A stretch of DNA of 59,403 nt from NCBI GenBank assembly GCA_044225365.1, contig JBGAIQ010000032.1, forward strand, positions 1 to 59,403. Direction: 5' to 3'. The notes under the pieces are model-generated. The model saw only the letters and a list, made by a program, of their open reading frames with translations, searched no databases and was not told where the DNA came from. The DNA comes from Planctomycetota bacterium. Lineage in GTDB: Bacteria > Planctomycetota > B15-G4 > JADJEK01. Below are positions 1-9,608 of this stretch, in pieces; position 1 is the stretch's first letter; the number at the start of each line of letters is the position of its first letter. The translations under genes were made by a program, and so were the position numbers.

Positions 1-20
1 GAGTGCCGCGGACGGCACTC
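1..20. repeat. Perfect hairpin, REP-like, possibly cut by the window edge
   Basis: GAGTGCCG-CGGA-CGGCACTC, 8-bp perfect stem. Sequence differs from the main REP family in this window. Confidence 0.45.
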
Positions 21-62
21 CAGCCAAGGCTTTCCCCACGTGTCTTCGCGACGAACCTCATG

Positions 63-152
63 GGGTAGGAAGGAACGCGGTCACCTTGCGCGCCCGTAGC
101 ACGGTCATCTTTGAAGGCGGCCCGGATACCGGGGTCTACCCTTTCGTTGGCG
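63..152. repeat. Structured direct repeat, copy 1
   Basis: Ungapped match to 2910-2999 (offset 2847). The core 76-152 differs at 11 of 77 positions by my count. Confidence 0.85.
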
Positions 153-321
153 CGCGTCGAACGCGCGTCATCGCGGGATCATCGCCGACGGGAGTCCTGG
201 ATCACAGCCGGATCGCCGAGGGCGTGACGAGAACTCGTCGCCAAGAAACCAGAATGCCGTGATGCGCAGTAGGGAGAAAGTTAACGCTGGTAGACTTGGA
301 CATGGCGGTGACTGGTTCTGT

Positions 322-1890
322 TTATTTTACGACAGTCGGGACAAGCGAGACTGTTTCGAGTTCCCCACTCGCACACTCAACTCTCTGGGTTGCCGTCCAT
401 CCCGCTCCCTTGCACGAAATGTCCAAGAATCCGATCGGACACTCGATTTCGAAACTAGCGCTTTTCGACACATCGAAGATTTGCCAACCCCTACGCCCCC
501 GCCACTCTAGTGGCACCTTAGTGTCTTGTCGCGTAGGAGTCCAAGTCCACGAGACTGTAAAGTTGGTGTACGCACCGACGCTTCGAGCATCCTTGGGTTT
601 CAATTCGCATCGTATCTTGCACGGTCGAGGAATCTCAAACCCGATTACACCGGGCTTGTGAGCACCAATTTCATCGTATTGGTATACATGGATCGGGACG
701 ACACTCCGACCATCATCTCGCTCAATCGAGAAGACGTACTTTCCGGCAAGCAAACTGTCTATTCGCCATCGATAGACATCGGGACCTGTCAGGTCGGCAT
801 CGCCGATTCCGAAAAAGAAGTCGAATTGCGGATCCGCCAAGCACTGAGCGCGCAGCACTGGACGATTGATACGCCATTCTCTTGCCAGACGCACCTCAAC
901 AACTGCGCCCGAAACTTCAGCAGTCGAGGTGTCATGAAGGTCCAGTGGAAGCGTGTCATTACGATTCAATTTGTCCGCGTTAATGACGATTGACATCTGT
1001 GCTGCACATTTCCATTTGCTGTCAAGAGCGCTCTGGCACTCAATTGCTATCGAGTAGTCTCCGTTCGGGAGGCCTCGCAGCAGGCTCCTTAGCTCTCCTC
1101 GCGGCCCCGCGGCCATGTCTACGCTCCACTGGCCAAATAATTCACCGCTACGACGTACAACGACTCTAGACGCTGTTGGCGGCTTCGCAAATTCGCCGGC
1201 CCCGAGACCGATTACTTCCAGATCCATACCTGGCTCTACGATCATGCATTGCTCGTCGACCAGTGAAGATATGTCGATCGCTGCCCAGCAGAATCCCGTT
1301 TTGCTCACGAAGATTCTCGACGATGACTCGAAAGCTGGCGAGAGGTCATCGATCGATATTGGGAGATTTAGCTCTTGACTCGAAACGATTTCAAGGGATC
1401 CCGGATTTTGAAATCTTCCGCCAGAGCGTACACTAATCACTTTGACAGAGCCATCGAGTTCCCGGCCAGACGCGTCATCGAACAATCGGATTCTACGTTC
1501 ATCGACAGCGTTTAAGTAAACTACGTATTCACCAAAGTTCGTCGCAGAGCCATCCGATTCTATATCGACCGGTCGAACTTCTACCCCGTCGATGCGTACG
1601 AAAGCTGGAACACAATTCTTAGCGTCACCACTAGTAATGCGACCAACTCCATGGGCAATTTTCGTCTCTTGGAGTTGCGCGGGTGCGCTCGATCGATCGG
1701 AAGACAATTTCCAGATCAGCGCCCCCGTCGGAACGGGTGTTGCGCTTCCGTCACGGTGCCGAAAGCAAACCATTGCCGAGAAATTTCTTGGATCGCTTTT
1801 TCCCCCGGCGTTCGCTGCGATCGGACCCATTGCCATCGGGCCGCCAGAATTTATTTGCGACTCACTCGCGGGCGCGAGCGCGAGGAACAT
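322..1890 (-). CDS. Hypothetical protein, probably exported and beta-rich; atypically low GC
   Basis: Long ORF (track 322-1980) in visibly AT-richer DNA. Start is uncertain (ATG 1890 chosen). No family motif recognised. Confidence 0.65.
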   Translation of the reverse strand: MFLALAPASESQINSGGPMAMGPIAANAGGKSDPRNFSAMVCFRHRDGSATPVPTGALIWKLSSDRSSAPAQLQETKIAHGVGRITSGDAKNCVPAFVRIDGVEVRPVDIESDGSATNFGEYVVYLNAVDERRIRLFDDASGRELDGSVKVISVRSGGRFQNPGSLEIVSSQELNLPISIDDLSPAFESSSRIFVSKTGFCWAAIDISSLVDEQCMIVEPGMDLEVIGLGAGEFAKPPTASRVVVRRSGELFGQWSVDMAAGPRGELRSLLRGLPNGDYSIAIECQSALDSKWKCAAQMSIVINADKLNRNDTLPLDLHDTSTAEVSGAVVEVRLAREWRINRPVLRAQCLADPQFDFFFGIGDADLTGPDVYRWRIDSLLAGKYVFSIERDDGRSVVPIHVYQYDEIGAHKPGVIGFEIPRPCKIRCELKPKDARSVGAYTNFTVSWTWTPTRQDTKVPLEWRGRRGWQIFDVSKSASFEIECPIGFLDISCKGAGWTATQRVECASGELETVSLVPTVVK

Positions 1891-2909
1891 CGCAAACCGG
1901 AGGCTTCCACCGCGCCTGAAGCGTGTGTTTTTTCGCGACGCGCCAATCTTCACAATCCGAGCAAGTGTACATGTTAACAAACTTAGGACTCCTTTCGCCC
2001 TTGCGAAATTCGCGAAGCGTCTCCGCGCCTAGGCAAAGTTCTTGGAAACACAGTTTCAACTATCTTTCCGCTTACGCCCACCAATCTTCGCGGCAGCGTT
2101 TCGGCTAATTTCACGGCTGTGTAGGGCACGCGAAATTGATTCCGGTGCGACATTTAGACTCTGACACTCCACCTCGGAAAAAAAGAGTCGACGAGACCCT
2201 TCGGTGCAGCGCGACGCGGGCGCCGAGACAGCAGCGAGGTGAGCACCTTCTGATGCGGGAATTCGTTGGGTGTATCCGGGAGCGTAGCGGTCGCAAGAGC
2301 GCGGGAGCGTCGACTCGACCGGAGCTTCGTGCGCAGCACTGCGTGCACCCCTCCACTGGTCGGGCACTCCGATCTCATTGGCCGTCACGCGCATGATCGC
2401 GCTGGAATCAGCTTTGGCATCGCGCGCCTTTGTTAAGCCCACGCTCTCATCCGCCAGCGACGGCGCTTCCGCGCTGATCGCGGGTCTGGCGAAGGGGATG
2501 CTCTCCGTCAACTCAAGGCCCACCCCTGCCCGTGATGGGGAGTTCGAAGAACGGGGCGTCGGCGCGGTGCCTTCTTGCGCCGCGGGCCTTGTTCGTCTCT
2601 CGTGGCCTTTCGTCCACGTAAGCAAGCCTTCTGCCTCCCTTCGGCCTCCAAGGTAGCGAGAATCGCGTTACGCTCGCACTGACGCACCTGCCGCGCCGTC
2701 TCGCACTCGTAGAGCGCAGCGGACCTCGCCTACCCGCACGCTACGCACGCACGGGTGCAGAACGCGCTCCGCTGCGCGGCATCATACTCCCCGAGTTTGT
2801 CAGCGTCAGCCGGAAGTGCGGTTCGGTAGCCGAGCGTCCTACGCAAGCGACCCCCGTCGAGCACACGGACCGCGCCTACGAGCCGCACTTGCGCGCCTTC
2901 GAGCGGCAA

Positions 2910-2999
2910 GGGTATGTGAGATCGCGGTCATTTTGCGCGCCCGTAGCACGGTCCTCTTTGAAGGCTGCCCTTTCAGCGGGGTCTACCCGTTCGTCGGCG
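2910..2999. repeat. Structured direct repeat, copy 2
   Basis: CGCGGTCA..TTGCGCGCCCGTAGCACGGTC.TCTTTGAAGGC.GCCC.......GGGGTCTACCC is shared with 63-152. Confidence 0.85.
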
Positions 3000-3038
3000 T
3001 GCATGGCAACGCGTCGACATGGGTTGGACCGGCGGGCG

Positions 3039-3983
3039 TCAGCGGGTCGGGGGGCGCATCACGTCGAGCATGAAGGCCGGGAGCGCGTCGTCCGGGCGCG
3101 CCTGCGCGAGCGCCGAGAACAGCGGCTGGGCGTCCGTGGCGTTGCCGCTCGCGAAGCGGATGTAGCCGAGGAGCGCGAGGGCCTCGGCGTCGGTGGGATG
3201 CAGGCGCGTGTAGGACTCGAGGGCTCGCGTTTGATCTTCGAGATCCGTCGCATCGCCGTAGAGCGAGCGGATGTCCGATGAGAGTCGCGCGAAGTCGGGC
3301 AGGAGATCGAGGCCGCGCCGCAAATCCCAGGCGGCCGCGTCGTACTCGCCGAGCGCGAACGAGGCGAGCGCGGCGTGAAAGTGTGGAATGCCGTTCGTCG
3401 GCGCGAGGGGCGAGGCCTTGCACAACGCGTCGCGGGCCTTGCCGTAGTCGCGCTCCTTGAAGTGGTCGAGCCCCGCACGGAGGAGATCGAAGGCCTTCGC
3501 ATTCGATCGCAGCTCCTTCCCGGCCGTGACGACCGCCGAGCCCTCTCCCGCAGGCTGCGCGTCGACCGCCTTCGGAGGCCGCCCCGAGGCGTCGACGGCG
3601 CGACTGCTCGCGCTCACCGTCTTCGTCGTCTTGGTGCCGTCGTTCTTCGGAACCGTGGCGAAGCTCGATGTCGACTCCCGCGGGTTCAGCCATTTGTCGT
3701 AGCGCGCCACGACGCCGATCTCGGCCCACGCCGCGCGGCTCTCCTTCGAGTCGAAGCGTCGCGAACATTCATCGTCGAGCGCGCCCGTCTCCCGATTCCG
3801 ACTCACGCCCCCGCTGACGGCGACCTCCGCCGTCTCGCTCTCCTCGGCCGGCCGCGACTTCGCCGAATACGACTTCGTGAACCGCTTCGTGTCCGCTTCC
3901 TGCGGACGCAGCAGCGGAACCCCCGCGACGACCATCGCGAAGAACGCCGTGAAACGCAGGAATTGAACGCGGTCGGAAGCCAC
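3039..3983 (-). CDS. Tetratricopeptide-repeat protein with N-terminal signal or anchor
   Basis: TPR-like segments (AGLDHFKERDYGKARDAL, FALGEYDAAAWDLRRGL, EALALLGYIRFASGN). Hydrophobic N-terminus after GTG 3983. The upstream part of the track ORF overlaps the next gene. Confidence 0.75.
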   Translation of the reverse strand: MASDRVQFLRFTAFFAMVVAGVPLLRPQEADTKRFTKSYSAKSRPAEESETAEVAVSGGVSRNRETGALDDECSRRFDSKESRAAWAEIGVVARYDKWLNPRESTSSFATVPKNDGTKTTKTVSASSRAVDASGRPPKAVDAQPAGEGSAVVTAGKELRSNAKAFDLLRAGLDHFKERDYGKARDALCKASPLAPTNGIPHFHAALASFALGEYDAAAWDLRRGLDLLPDFARLSSDIRSLYGDATDLEDQTRALESYTRLHPTDAEALALLGYIRFASGNATDAQPLFSALAQARPDDALPAFMLDVMRPPTR

Positions 3984-4042
3984 GAAGGGATTATCGGCCC
4001 CCCGGACGCCGACTTGAGCGCGAAGCCCCCGCGCCGCGGAAA

Positions 4043-5371
4043 TCAGTTCTTGATCGTCACGAAGCGATCGTAGACGAGCCGTTTGTCGAGGTTCTCGTCG
4101 ATGCTGTCGAACACCGTCGTCAGCTCGGGAGTGGGCTTTCCGTGGAAGACCTCTCGCTCCTTGAGTCGCACGATGACGTCCTGCTTCACGTCGATCATCT
4201 GATCGTTGAGCAGGATCGTCAGTGACTCGGGCGGCGACCGTTCGAAGGTGATGTCGAACTCGTTGCCCTTCTTCACCACGACGATGCGCATCGCGTCTTC
4301 GGGCTTGTCGCAACGCAACCAGTAGAACTGATGCTGCACCTGCCGCGGTTGGGGGTCGCTTCCCTCGGGCCGCGGATAGGGATTCGACGCGTACTCCCAG
4401 ACCACTTTGTCGGGGAACGGCTTTCGCACGTGCTTGCCGAGGAACTCGAGGCAGCGCTCCGGCTCGCCCGGGGGGAACGCGTGCGCCATGCCCTCGAACA
4501 CTCGGAATTCGAGCTCCTGGTACCCGCTCTGATCCTGCGCCTTGATCTCCTGGAGGCGATCCCACGCGTAAAGGTAGGTCCCGGGCATCGTGTTCTTGTC
4601 CGCGGTGCCGATGTAGAACGAGAGCGGCAGATTGCGCACGTTCGGGAGGAAGCCGTGCTGCAGCGCCTTCACCTCCTCCTTCGTCTGCAATTGACTCTTC
4701 GGATCCGCCATGAAAACGCCCGGCCCCGGCGCCGCTGCCGCGAAGAGGTCGGGATGTCGGCCGGCGAAGAACCAGCTCCCGGTTCCCCCCATCGAGAATC
4801 CCGTGACGTAGACGCGATCCGGATCGACGTCGTCGTGCAGCTTCGCATCCTCGACCAGGGTCAGGACGAAGCGCTCGCCGTGCACCGTGTTCCAGGTGTC
4901 GTGAACGAGTCGGATGCCCTGCGGGTAGATCCCTTCGCAGTCCTTGCGATGGTAGATGAGGCACTCGTGCGCATCACCCGCACCTTCGCCGCCGCCGTGG
5001 AGCCCGATGATGAGCCCTTTCGATTTCGCGCCCGCCGCGGGCTTTGCGATCCATGATGCCTTTCCCCATGGCGTGTCGAACTCCGTGCCCTTGAACGGCG
5101 GGATCGCCTTCTTCGCCACTTTGAAGAGATGCTCGACGACTTCCTTCGTCGCTCCCTCTGGGAGCGGACCGAGCTTGACGACTTCGTCGATCAGCTTCTG
5201 GCGCGTGGCGGGATCCCATTCGGAGAAATGGGTGCGCGGCCTCGCTTCGAAGAACTGCTTCGCGACGGCATCGAGCTTCTTGAGATCGAGCGGCGGCGCG
5301 GGCGCGGCCGTACTCGCGGTCGCGAGCGGAGCGTGAACGAGCAGAAGCGCGATCAGGGTCGATGCGATCAT
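4043..5371 (-). CDS. Exported alpha/beta-hydrolase (esterase/peptidase type)
   Basis: Signal peptide MIASTLIALLLVHAPLA, oxyanion LHGGG, nucleophile GFSMGG, Asp in GTADK, His in GMAH. Confidence 0.85.
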   Translation of the reverse strand: MIASTLIALLLVHAPLATASTAAPAPPLDLKKLDAVAKQFFEARPRTHFSEWDPATRQKLIDEVVKLGPLPEGATKEVVEHLFKVAKKAIPPFKGTEFDTPWGKASWIAKPAAGAKSKGLIIGLHGGGEGAGDAHECLIYHRKDCEGIYPQGIRLVHDTWNTVHGERFVLTLVEDAKLHDDVDPDRVYVTGFSMGGTGSWFFAGRHPDLFAAAAPGPGVFMADPKSQLQTKEEVKALQHGFLPNVRNLPLSFYIGTADKNTMPGTYLYAWDRLQEIKAQDQSGYQELEFRVFEGMAHAFPPGEPERCLEFLGKHVRKPFPDKVVWEYASNPYPRPEGSDPQPRQVQHQFYWLRCDKPEDAMRIVVVKKGNEFDITFERSPPESLTILLNDQMIDVKQDVIVRLKEREVFHGKPTPELTTVFDSIDENLDKRLVYDRFVTIKN

Positions 5372-5415
5372 GTTTCCCAGTCCCAAGAACCTTCGAGGAC
5401 GCGGATCCGAATCGT

Positions 5416-7263
5416 TCAGAGTTCCGCCGAGGTCGTCCGAGTTTCGGGTCGCTCCCTCGCTAGCTCGCGAATGCGCCAGGAGTGCAGCATCGCTTTTTCA
5501 CGCGGCGGCAGCAACTCGACGAGGGGGAGTTCGCCAGCGTAGAGCGATGCAGACCTCGTATCGATCGTGACCAGCGATCCTTCGACGAGCTCCTCCACCG
5601 TCCCGTTCAGGACCGTTCCCGCATGGATCGTGACGACGGCGGTGTGGGGATCGACATGGGCATCGTCGAGAACGAGGCATGGAATACCGAGGCGCCGCGT
5701 CGCTCGCGCCACGCGCGAGGAGATTCCGCCGCCGAGAAGCAATACGCCCTGCGCAACGGCGAGGTCGAGCACGCTCATCGATTCCGCCGCTGCCCGATCG
5801 ACGACGAGCACCACATCGCACGGCGAGCGGCGATAGGCGAGTGCTTGCGCACCGGAGAACGCGAGTCGTCCGCACGCCGCGCCGGGCGACGCGACGACCC
5901 CGTTCGCGAGCGGTGCGAGGACCCCGTCGTCGAGCACGCCGCGCGATCGCAGGCGCGTGAGATCGAGGCCCTTCAACCGCTCGACTGCCTGAGCGCGCGA
6001 CATCGTTCCTCGCTCGGAGAGATCGACGAGCGTACGGAGGAGAGCGAGCGATGACGGATCGGCCGCGACCGGCCCGATCGATTCGATCGCGTTCGCCGCA
6101 TTCGCGGTGGCACGGAACTCGAGCGCGATGACATCGCCCCGTTCGGATTCGAGCCGGTGGAGCTCGCGGGCGACGGTCGCGTAGATCGAAGGGTGGGAAT
6201 GACGGAGACCACGCGCATCGAGCGAACGCCTCACGTCGCCCTGCGTCGCGCTCGCCTCCATCACTTGAACCGCCTCGCCCGTCGCGGGGTCCCGCGAGTA
6301 TGCGACCCCACAAACGACGGGGTCGGGCGGCGCTGCTTCCGCCATGACCACCGCGCGCGCAGCCGTCTCGACCTCGATCTCGTGGTGATGCTCCGCCCCG
6401 TTCACGCCGTTCGACGGTGCTGCTGCAGGTTCGCTCTCGATCGCCGCGACGACGGGGTCGGGCTCGAGTGCGGGAGCGGTCGCCGCTTCCAGCATCGACG
6501 ACGGCTCCGCAGCCACCGCCTCGAGGAGGCTCGGCGCGTCCTCGACGATTGGAAGCGGCACTTCGGCGGGTTGCGACGCCGCCGCGAGGACGAACGGCCG
6601 CACTTCGACGGGCTCGAGCACGAAGACCACGCCGCTCCGCTTGCGGGCGATGGCGTCGACGAACAGCGCGACTTGATCCGCGGGGTCGGAGCAGATCGTC
6701 TCGCGCGTCCTCGCCTCGACGAACTGCGCGACGAGAACGGCAGCAGCCCGAGCGCCATCGGGCGAGAGCGCAGCGCCGTCGTCGATCCCGTACTTGCCTC
6801 GCACGGCGGCCTCGACGGCGTCGAACTCCGAAGGGTCGAATCCCCCGACGTGCTCCGCGACCGCGAGCGCGACTCCGCGAAGCGCTTGCGCCGCCTCGCA
6901 CGGTCCGCCGAGCGAGCGCTCGAGTGCCGGCAGCGTATCGACGCTGGCGCCGAGGTGGAGGATCTCGATGATCTCGCCTTCGACGGTGTGGGCCCGGAGG
7001 GCGAGCGAACCGTCGAGCGACAGCTCAGCGAGCAACGTCCGCACGATGTCCGTGAATCCGACCGGCAATTGTCCGTCGTGGAGCAGGTGGTTCGAGAGTC
7101 GCGCCGTCATCACGATGAACGGCGTCCCGCCCGTCCCACCTCCGGCCACGGTGTCGAGCAGGGCTTCGGTGCGCGGGGTGAGGCAAGCTCGTTCCGCGGG
7201 CGGCACCGAAGCGTCTTCGGGTCGCGAGGTGAACAACCACGATGGTGTTGAAAGTCGGAGCAT
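5416..7263 (-). CDS. Degenerate pyruvate-phosphate-dikinase-like protein with PEP-utiliser swivel domain
   Basis: PPDK-like motifs GVAYSRDPATGE, ASPGAACGRLAF, GVLLLGGGISSRVARATRRLGIPCLV, EGSLVTIDTRSASLYAG. There is no C-terminal pyruvate domain. Confidence 0.7.
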   Translation of the reverse strand: MLRLSTPSWLFTSRPEDASVPPAERACLTPRTEALLDTVAGGGTGGTPFIVMTARLSNHLLHDGQLPVGFTDIVRTLLAELSLDGSLALRAHTVEGEIIEILHLGASVDTLPALERSLGGPCEAAQALRGVALAVAEHVGGFDPSEFDAVEAAVRGKYGIDDGAALSPDGARAAAVLVAQFVEARTRETICSDPADQVALFVDAIARKRSGVVFVLEPVEVRPFVLAAASQPAEVPLPIVEDAPSLLEAVAAEPSSMLEAATAPALEPDPVVAAIESEPAAAPSNGVNGAEHHHEIEVETAARAVVMAEAAPPDPVVCGVAYSRDPATGEAVQVMEASATQGDVRRSLDARGLRHSHPSIYATVARELHRLESERGDVIALEFRATANAANAIESIGPVAADPSSLALLRTLVDLSERGTMSRAQAVERLKGLDLTRLRSRGVLDDGVLAPLANGVVASPGAACGRLAFSGAQALAYRRSPCDVVLVVDRAAAESMSVLDLAVAQGVLLLGGGISSRVARATRRLGIPCLVLDDAHVDPHTAVVTIHAGTVLNGTVEELVEGSLVTIDTRSASLYAGELPLVELLPPREKAMLHSWRIRELARERPETRTTSAEL

Positions 7264-7320
7264 CGCAGACCGATCGAGGGAATGTTCTAATCGGGAAACG
7301 CTCCGGCCGGAAGGTGCAGC

Positions 7321-8577
7321 ATGCTGGCGTTTTTCGTGATCCTTGACGCAGTCTTGTTGATTGCAGGCGACCCTGCACCGACGTCGCCATCTCGTTCGGA
7401 GGTCGACAAGCTCGTCGATCGCTATTTCGACGCGCCGCGCCAGGAGCAGCTCACGATCGAGGAACGTCTCGATCTCCTTCCCGCGCTCACCGAAAAAGAA
7501 GTCGCTACCTGGAAGGAGAAGCTCTTGAAACGGGCGAAGAAGGGCAAGAAGGCCGCCCTCGACGCCACGAACTACTTCTACGACGCCAAGGCGAAGACCG
7601 GGAAATACCTGGTCGGCGGCGATACCAAGTCGACGACCCTCGTCATCTCGATGCATGGCGGCGGCCTCGGTTCCGGCGAGGCCGAACAGGCGAAGGGCTC
7701 GTTCGAGAGTGCGCTCGCGAAGATGCAGGTGCTCGCGATCTATCCCGAGGTGCTGCACAAGACGGAGCACGGCTGGGGCGAGGACGATACCGAGCGATTC
7801 GTCATCGACCTCATCGAGGCCGTGAAGCGCACGCGCCCGATCGACCCGAACCACATCTACCTGACCGGTCATTCGATGGGCGGCTACGGCACGTACACGA
7901 TCGGCGCGCACCATGCCGACATGTTCGGCGGACTCGCCGCGTTCGCCGGCGCGCCCACGCCCTACTTCGATTCACGCCAGCAGGGCAAGAAGGTCGTCTT
8001 CGGCATCGAGGACGGCATCGTGCCGAATCTCCGCAATGTCCCGCTCTTCTTCTATCAGAGCCTGGACGACAAGAACGTGAGCCCCGAGGTCAACGTCTAC
8101 ATCAACGAGCAGTTCCCCAAGTGGAAGGAGCAGTTCGGAGGCTACGACTTCGTCTCGGAGATCGTCGACGGACGCGGCCACGGATTCCCGGAGAAGGGCC
8201 CGCTGCCGGGCATCAAGTGGGCGATGTCCCATCCACGGGATCCGCGGCCGAAGCGAGTCCTCTGGCAACCCGCCCGCGAGTGGACGCACATGTCCTACTG
8301 GCTGTGGTGGGAGTCGCCGGAACTCGCCGCGAAGATCGATGCCTCGATCGAGCCGAACAACAAGATCACGATCAAGACTCCGGTGAAGGACCTGAAGAAG
8401 TTCGCGGTGTTCCTCGACGAGCGACTCGTCGATATGAAAAAGGAAGTCGTCGTCACCGTGAACGACTCGGGTCATTTTTCGGCGGTGCCGAAGCTCACGC
8501 TCTCGACGCTCCTGCGTACGATCTGCGAGCGTGACGATGCCGATCTCGCCTTTCCGGCGCGGATCGATCTCTTCTGA
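7321..8577 (+). CDS. Exported alpha/beta-hydrolase, paralogue of 4043-5371
   Basis: MHGGG, DPNHIYLTGHSMGG, PNLRNVP, GRGHGFP. Hydrophobic N-terminus. Confidence 0.85.
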   Translation: MLAFFVILDAVLLIAGDPAPTSPSRSEVDKLVDRYFDAPRQEQLTIEERLDLLPALTEKEVATWKEKLLKRAKKGKKAALDATNYFYDAKAKTGKYLVGGDTKSTTLVISMHGGGLGSGEAEQAKGSFESALAKMQVLAIYPEVLHKTEHGWGEDDTERFVIDLIEAVKRTRPIDPNHIYLTGHSMGGYGTYTIGAHHADMFGGLAAFAGAPTPYFDSRQQGKKVVFGIEDGIVPNLRNVPLFFYQSLDDKNVSPEVNVYINEQFPKWKEQFGGYDFVSEIVDGRGHGFPEKGPLPGIKWAMSHPRDPRPKRVLWQPAREWTHMSYWLWWESPELAAKIDASIEPNNKITIKTPVKDLKKFAVFLDERLVDMKKEVVVTVNDSGHFSAVPKLTLSTLLRTICERDDADLAFPARIDLF

Positions 8578-8588
8578 CTTGGGCCGCC

Positions 8589-9578
8589 ATGAAGGAACGT
8601 CGATTCCTGCTCCTCGCGATCGCGTCGACCCTGATCCTCGCGATCGGCTGTGGACACGACGAGACACGCCTCCGCCCCGGCGATCGAGTCGAGCGTCGAG
8701 GCGACGAGATCGTCGTCTGTGGGCAACTCTTCCACACCGGCACGCGAGTCGTGCTGTGGACGGACCCGGGCGGATACGACGCGTATCGCCCCGAACCCCG
8801 CTTCCCGACCGAGATGAATCCGAAGGACCTCGCGGCGTGGAAGTTCAAGCCGACCTTGTCACCGACTCGCGACAGCGTGGACGAATCCGCGAGGAAACGA
8901 ATCCTCGACAACGGCTGGACGCTCGACGACCTGCGCGCCTGCGTCGACCAGTTCGTGATGCACTTCGACGTCTGTGGGACATCGCGACGCTGCTTCAAGG
9001 TGCTGCACGATCAGCGCGCGCTGTCGGTTCAGTTCATGCTCGATGTCGACGGCACGCTGTACCAGACGATGGATCTCAAGGATCGCGCGTATCACGCGAA
9101 GCAGGCGAATGACCGTTCGATCGGCGTCGAGATTGCGCACATCGGCGCTTACACGAACAAGGACGACAAGATCTTCAAGGAGTGGTACCAGCAGACCGAG
9201 AAAGGTCCGTTGCTGCGGTTCCCCCCCGAGACCTTTCCGAATGGAACCGGAATCCGGACGACGAACTTCATCGGCCGACCGGCGCGTCCGAATCTCATCA
9301 CGGGCTCGATCCACGGCACGCCGTACTACCAGTACGACTTCACGAACGAGCAGTACGCAACTCTCGGCAAGCTCGTCGCCACCATCCACGAAGTGCTGCC
9401 GAAGGTGCGGCTCGACGCTCCACGTGACAGGGATGGACGCGTTCTGATGCGCGCCCTCAGTGATTCCGAATTCGCCGCGTACTCCGGCCTACTCGGGCAC
9501 TATCACGTGACGGATCAGAAGAACGACCCGGGCCCCGCGTTCGACTGGGAGCGCGTGTTGCGAGCTGCGCGGGAGTAG
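8589..9578 (+). CDS. N-acetylmuramoyl-L-alanine amidase (Amidase_2 type), lipoprotein
   Basis: Lipobox LAIGC. Motifs FVMHFD, SVQFMLDVDGTLYQ, AYHA, NDRSIGVEI, LLGHYHV, KNDPGPAFDW. Confidence 0.9.
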   Translation: MKERRFLLLAIASTLILAIGCGHDETRLRPGDRVERRGDEIVVCGQLFHTGTRVVLWTDPGGYDAYRPEPRFPTEMNPKDLAAWKFKPTLSPTRDSVDESARKRILDNGWTLDDLRACVDQFVMHFDVCGTSRRCFKVLHDQRALSVQFMLDVDGTLYQTMDLKDRAYHAKQANDRSIGVEIAHIGAYTNKDDKIFKEWYQQTEKGPLLRFPPETFPNGTGIRTTNFIGRPARPNLITGSIHGTPYYQYDFTNEQYATLGKLVATIHEVLPKVRLDAPRDRDGRVLMRALSDSEFAAYSGLLGHYHVTDQKNDPGPAFDWERVLRAARE

Positions 9579-9608
9579 AACCGAGAAGCGGGACGAGGCA
9601 GTGCCCCG

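Noticed and set aside
63-152. tRNA or integron attC identity for the direct repeat
   Set aside because: No TTCRA T-loop, no 7-nt anticodon loop and no CCA. No RYYYAAC/GTTRRRY ends.
2056-2625. 189-aa minus-strand ORF
   Set aside because: Non-ATG start, Ala/Arg/Ser/Pro-rich composition and no motifs; likely spurious.
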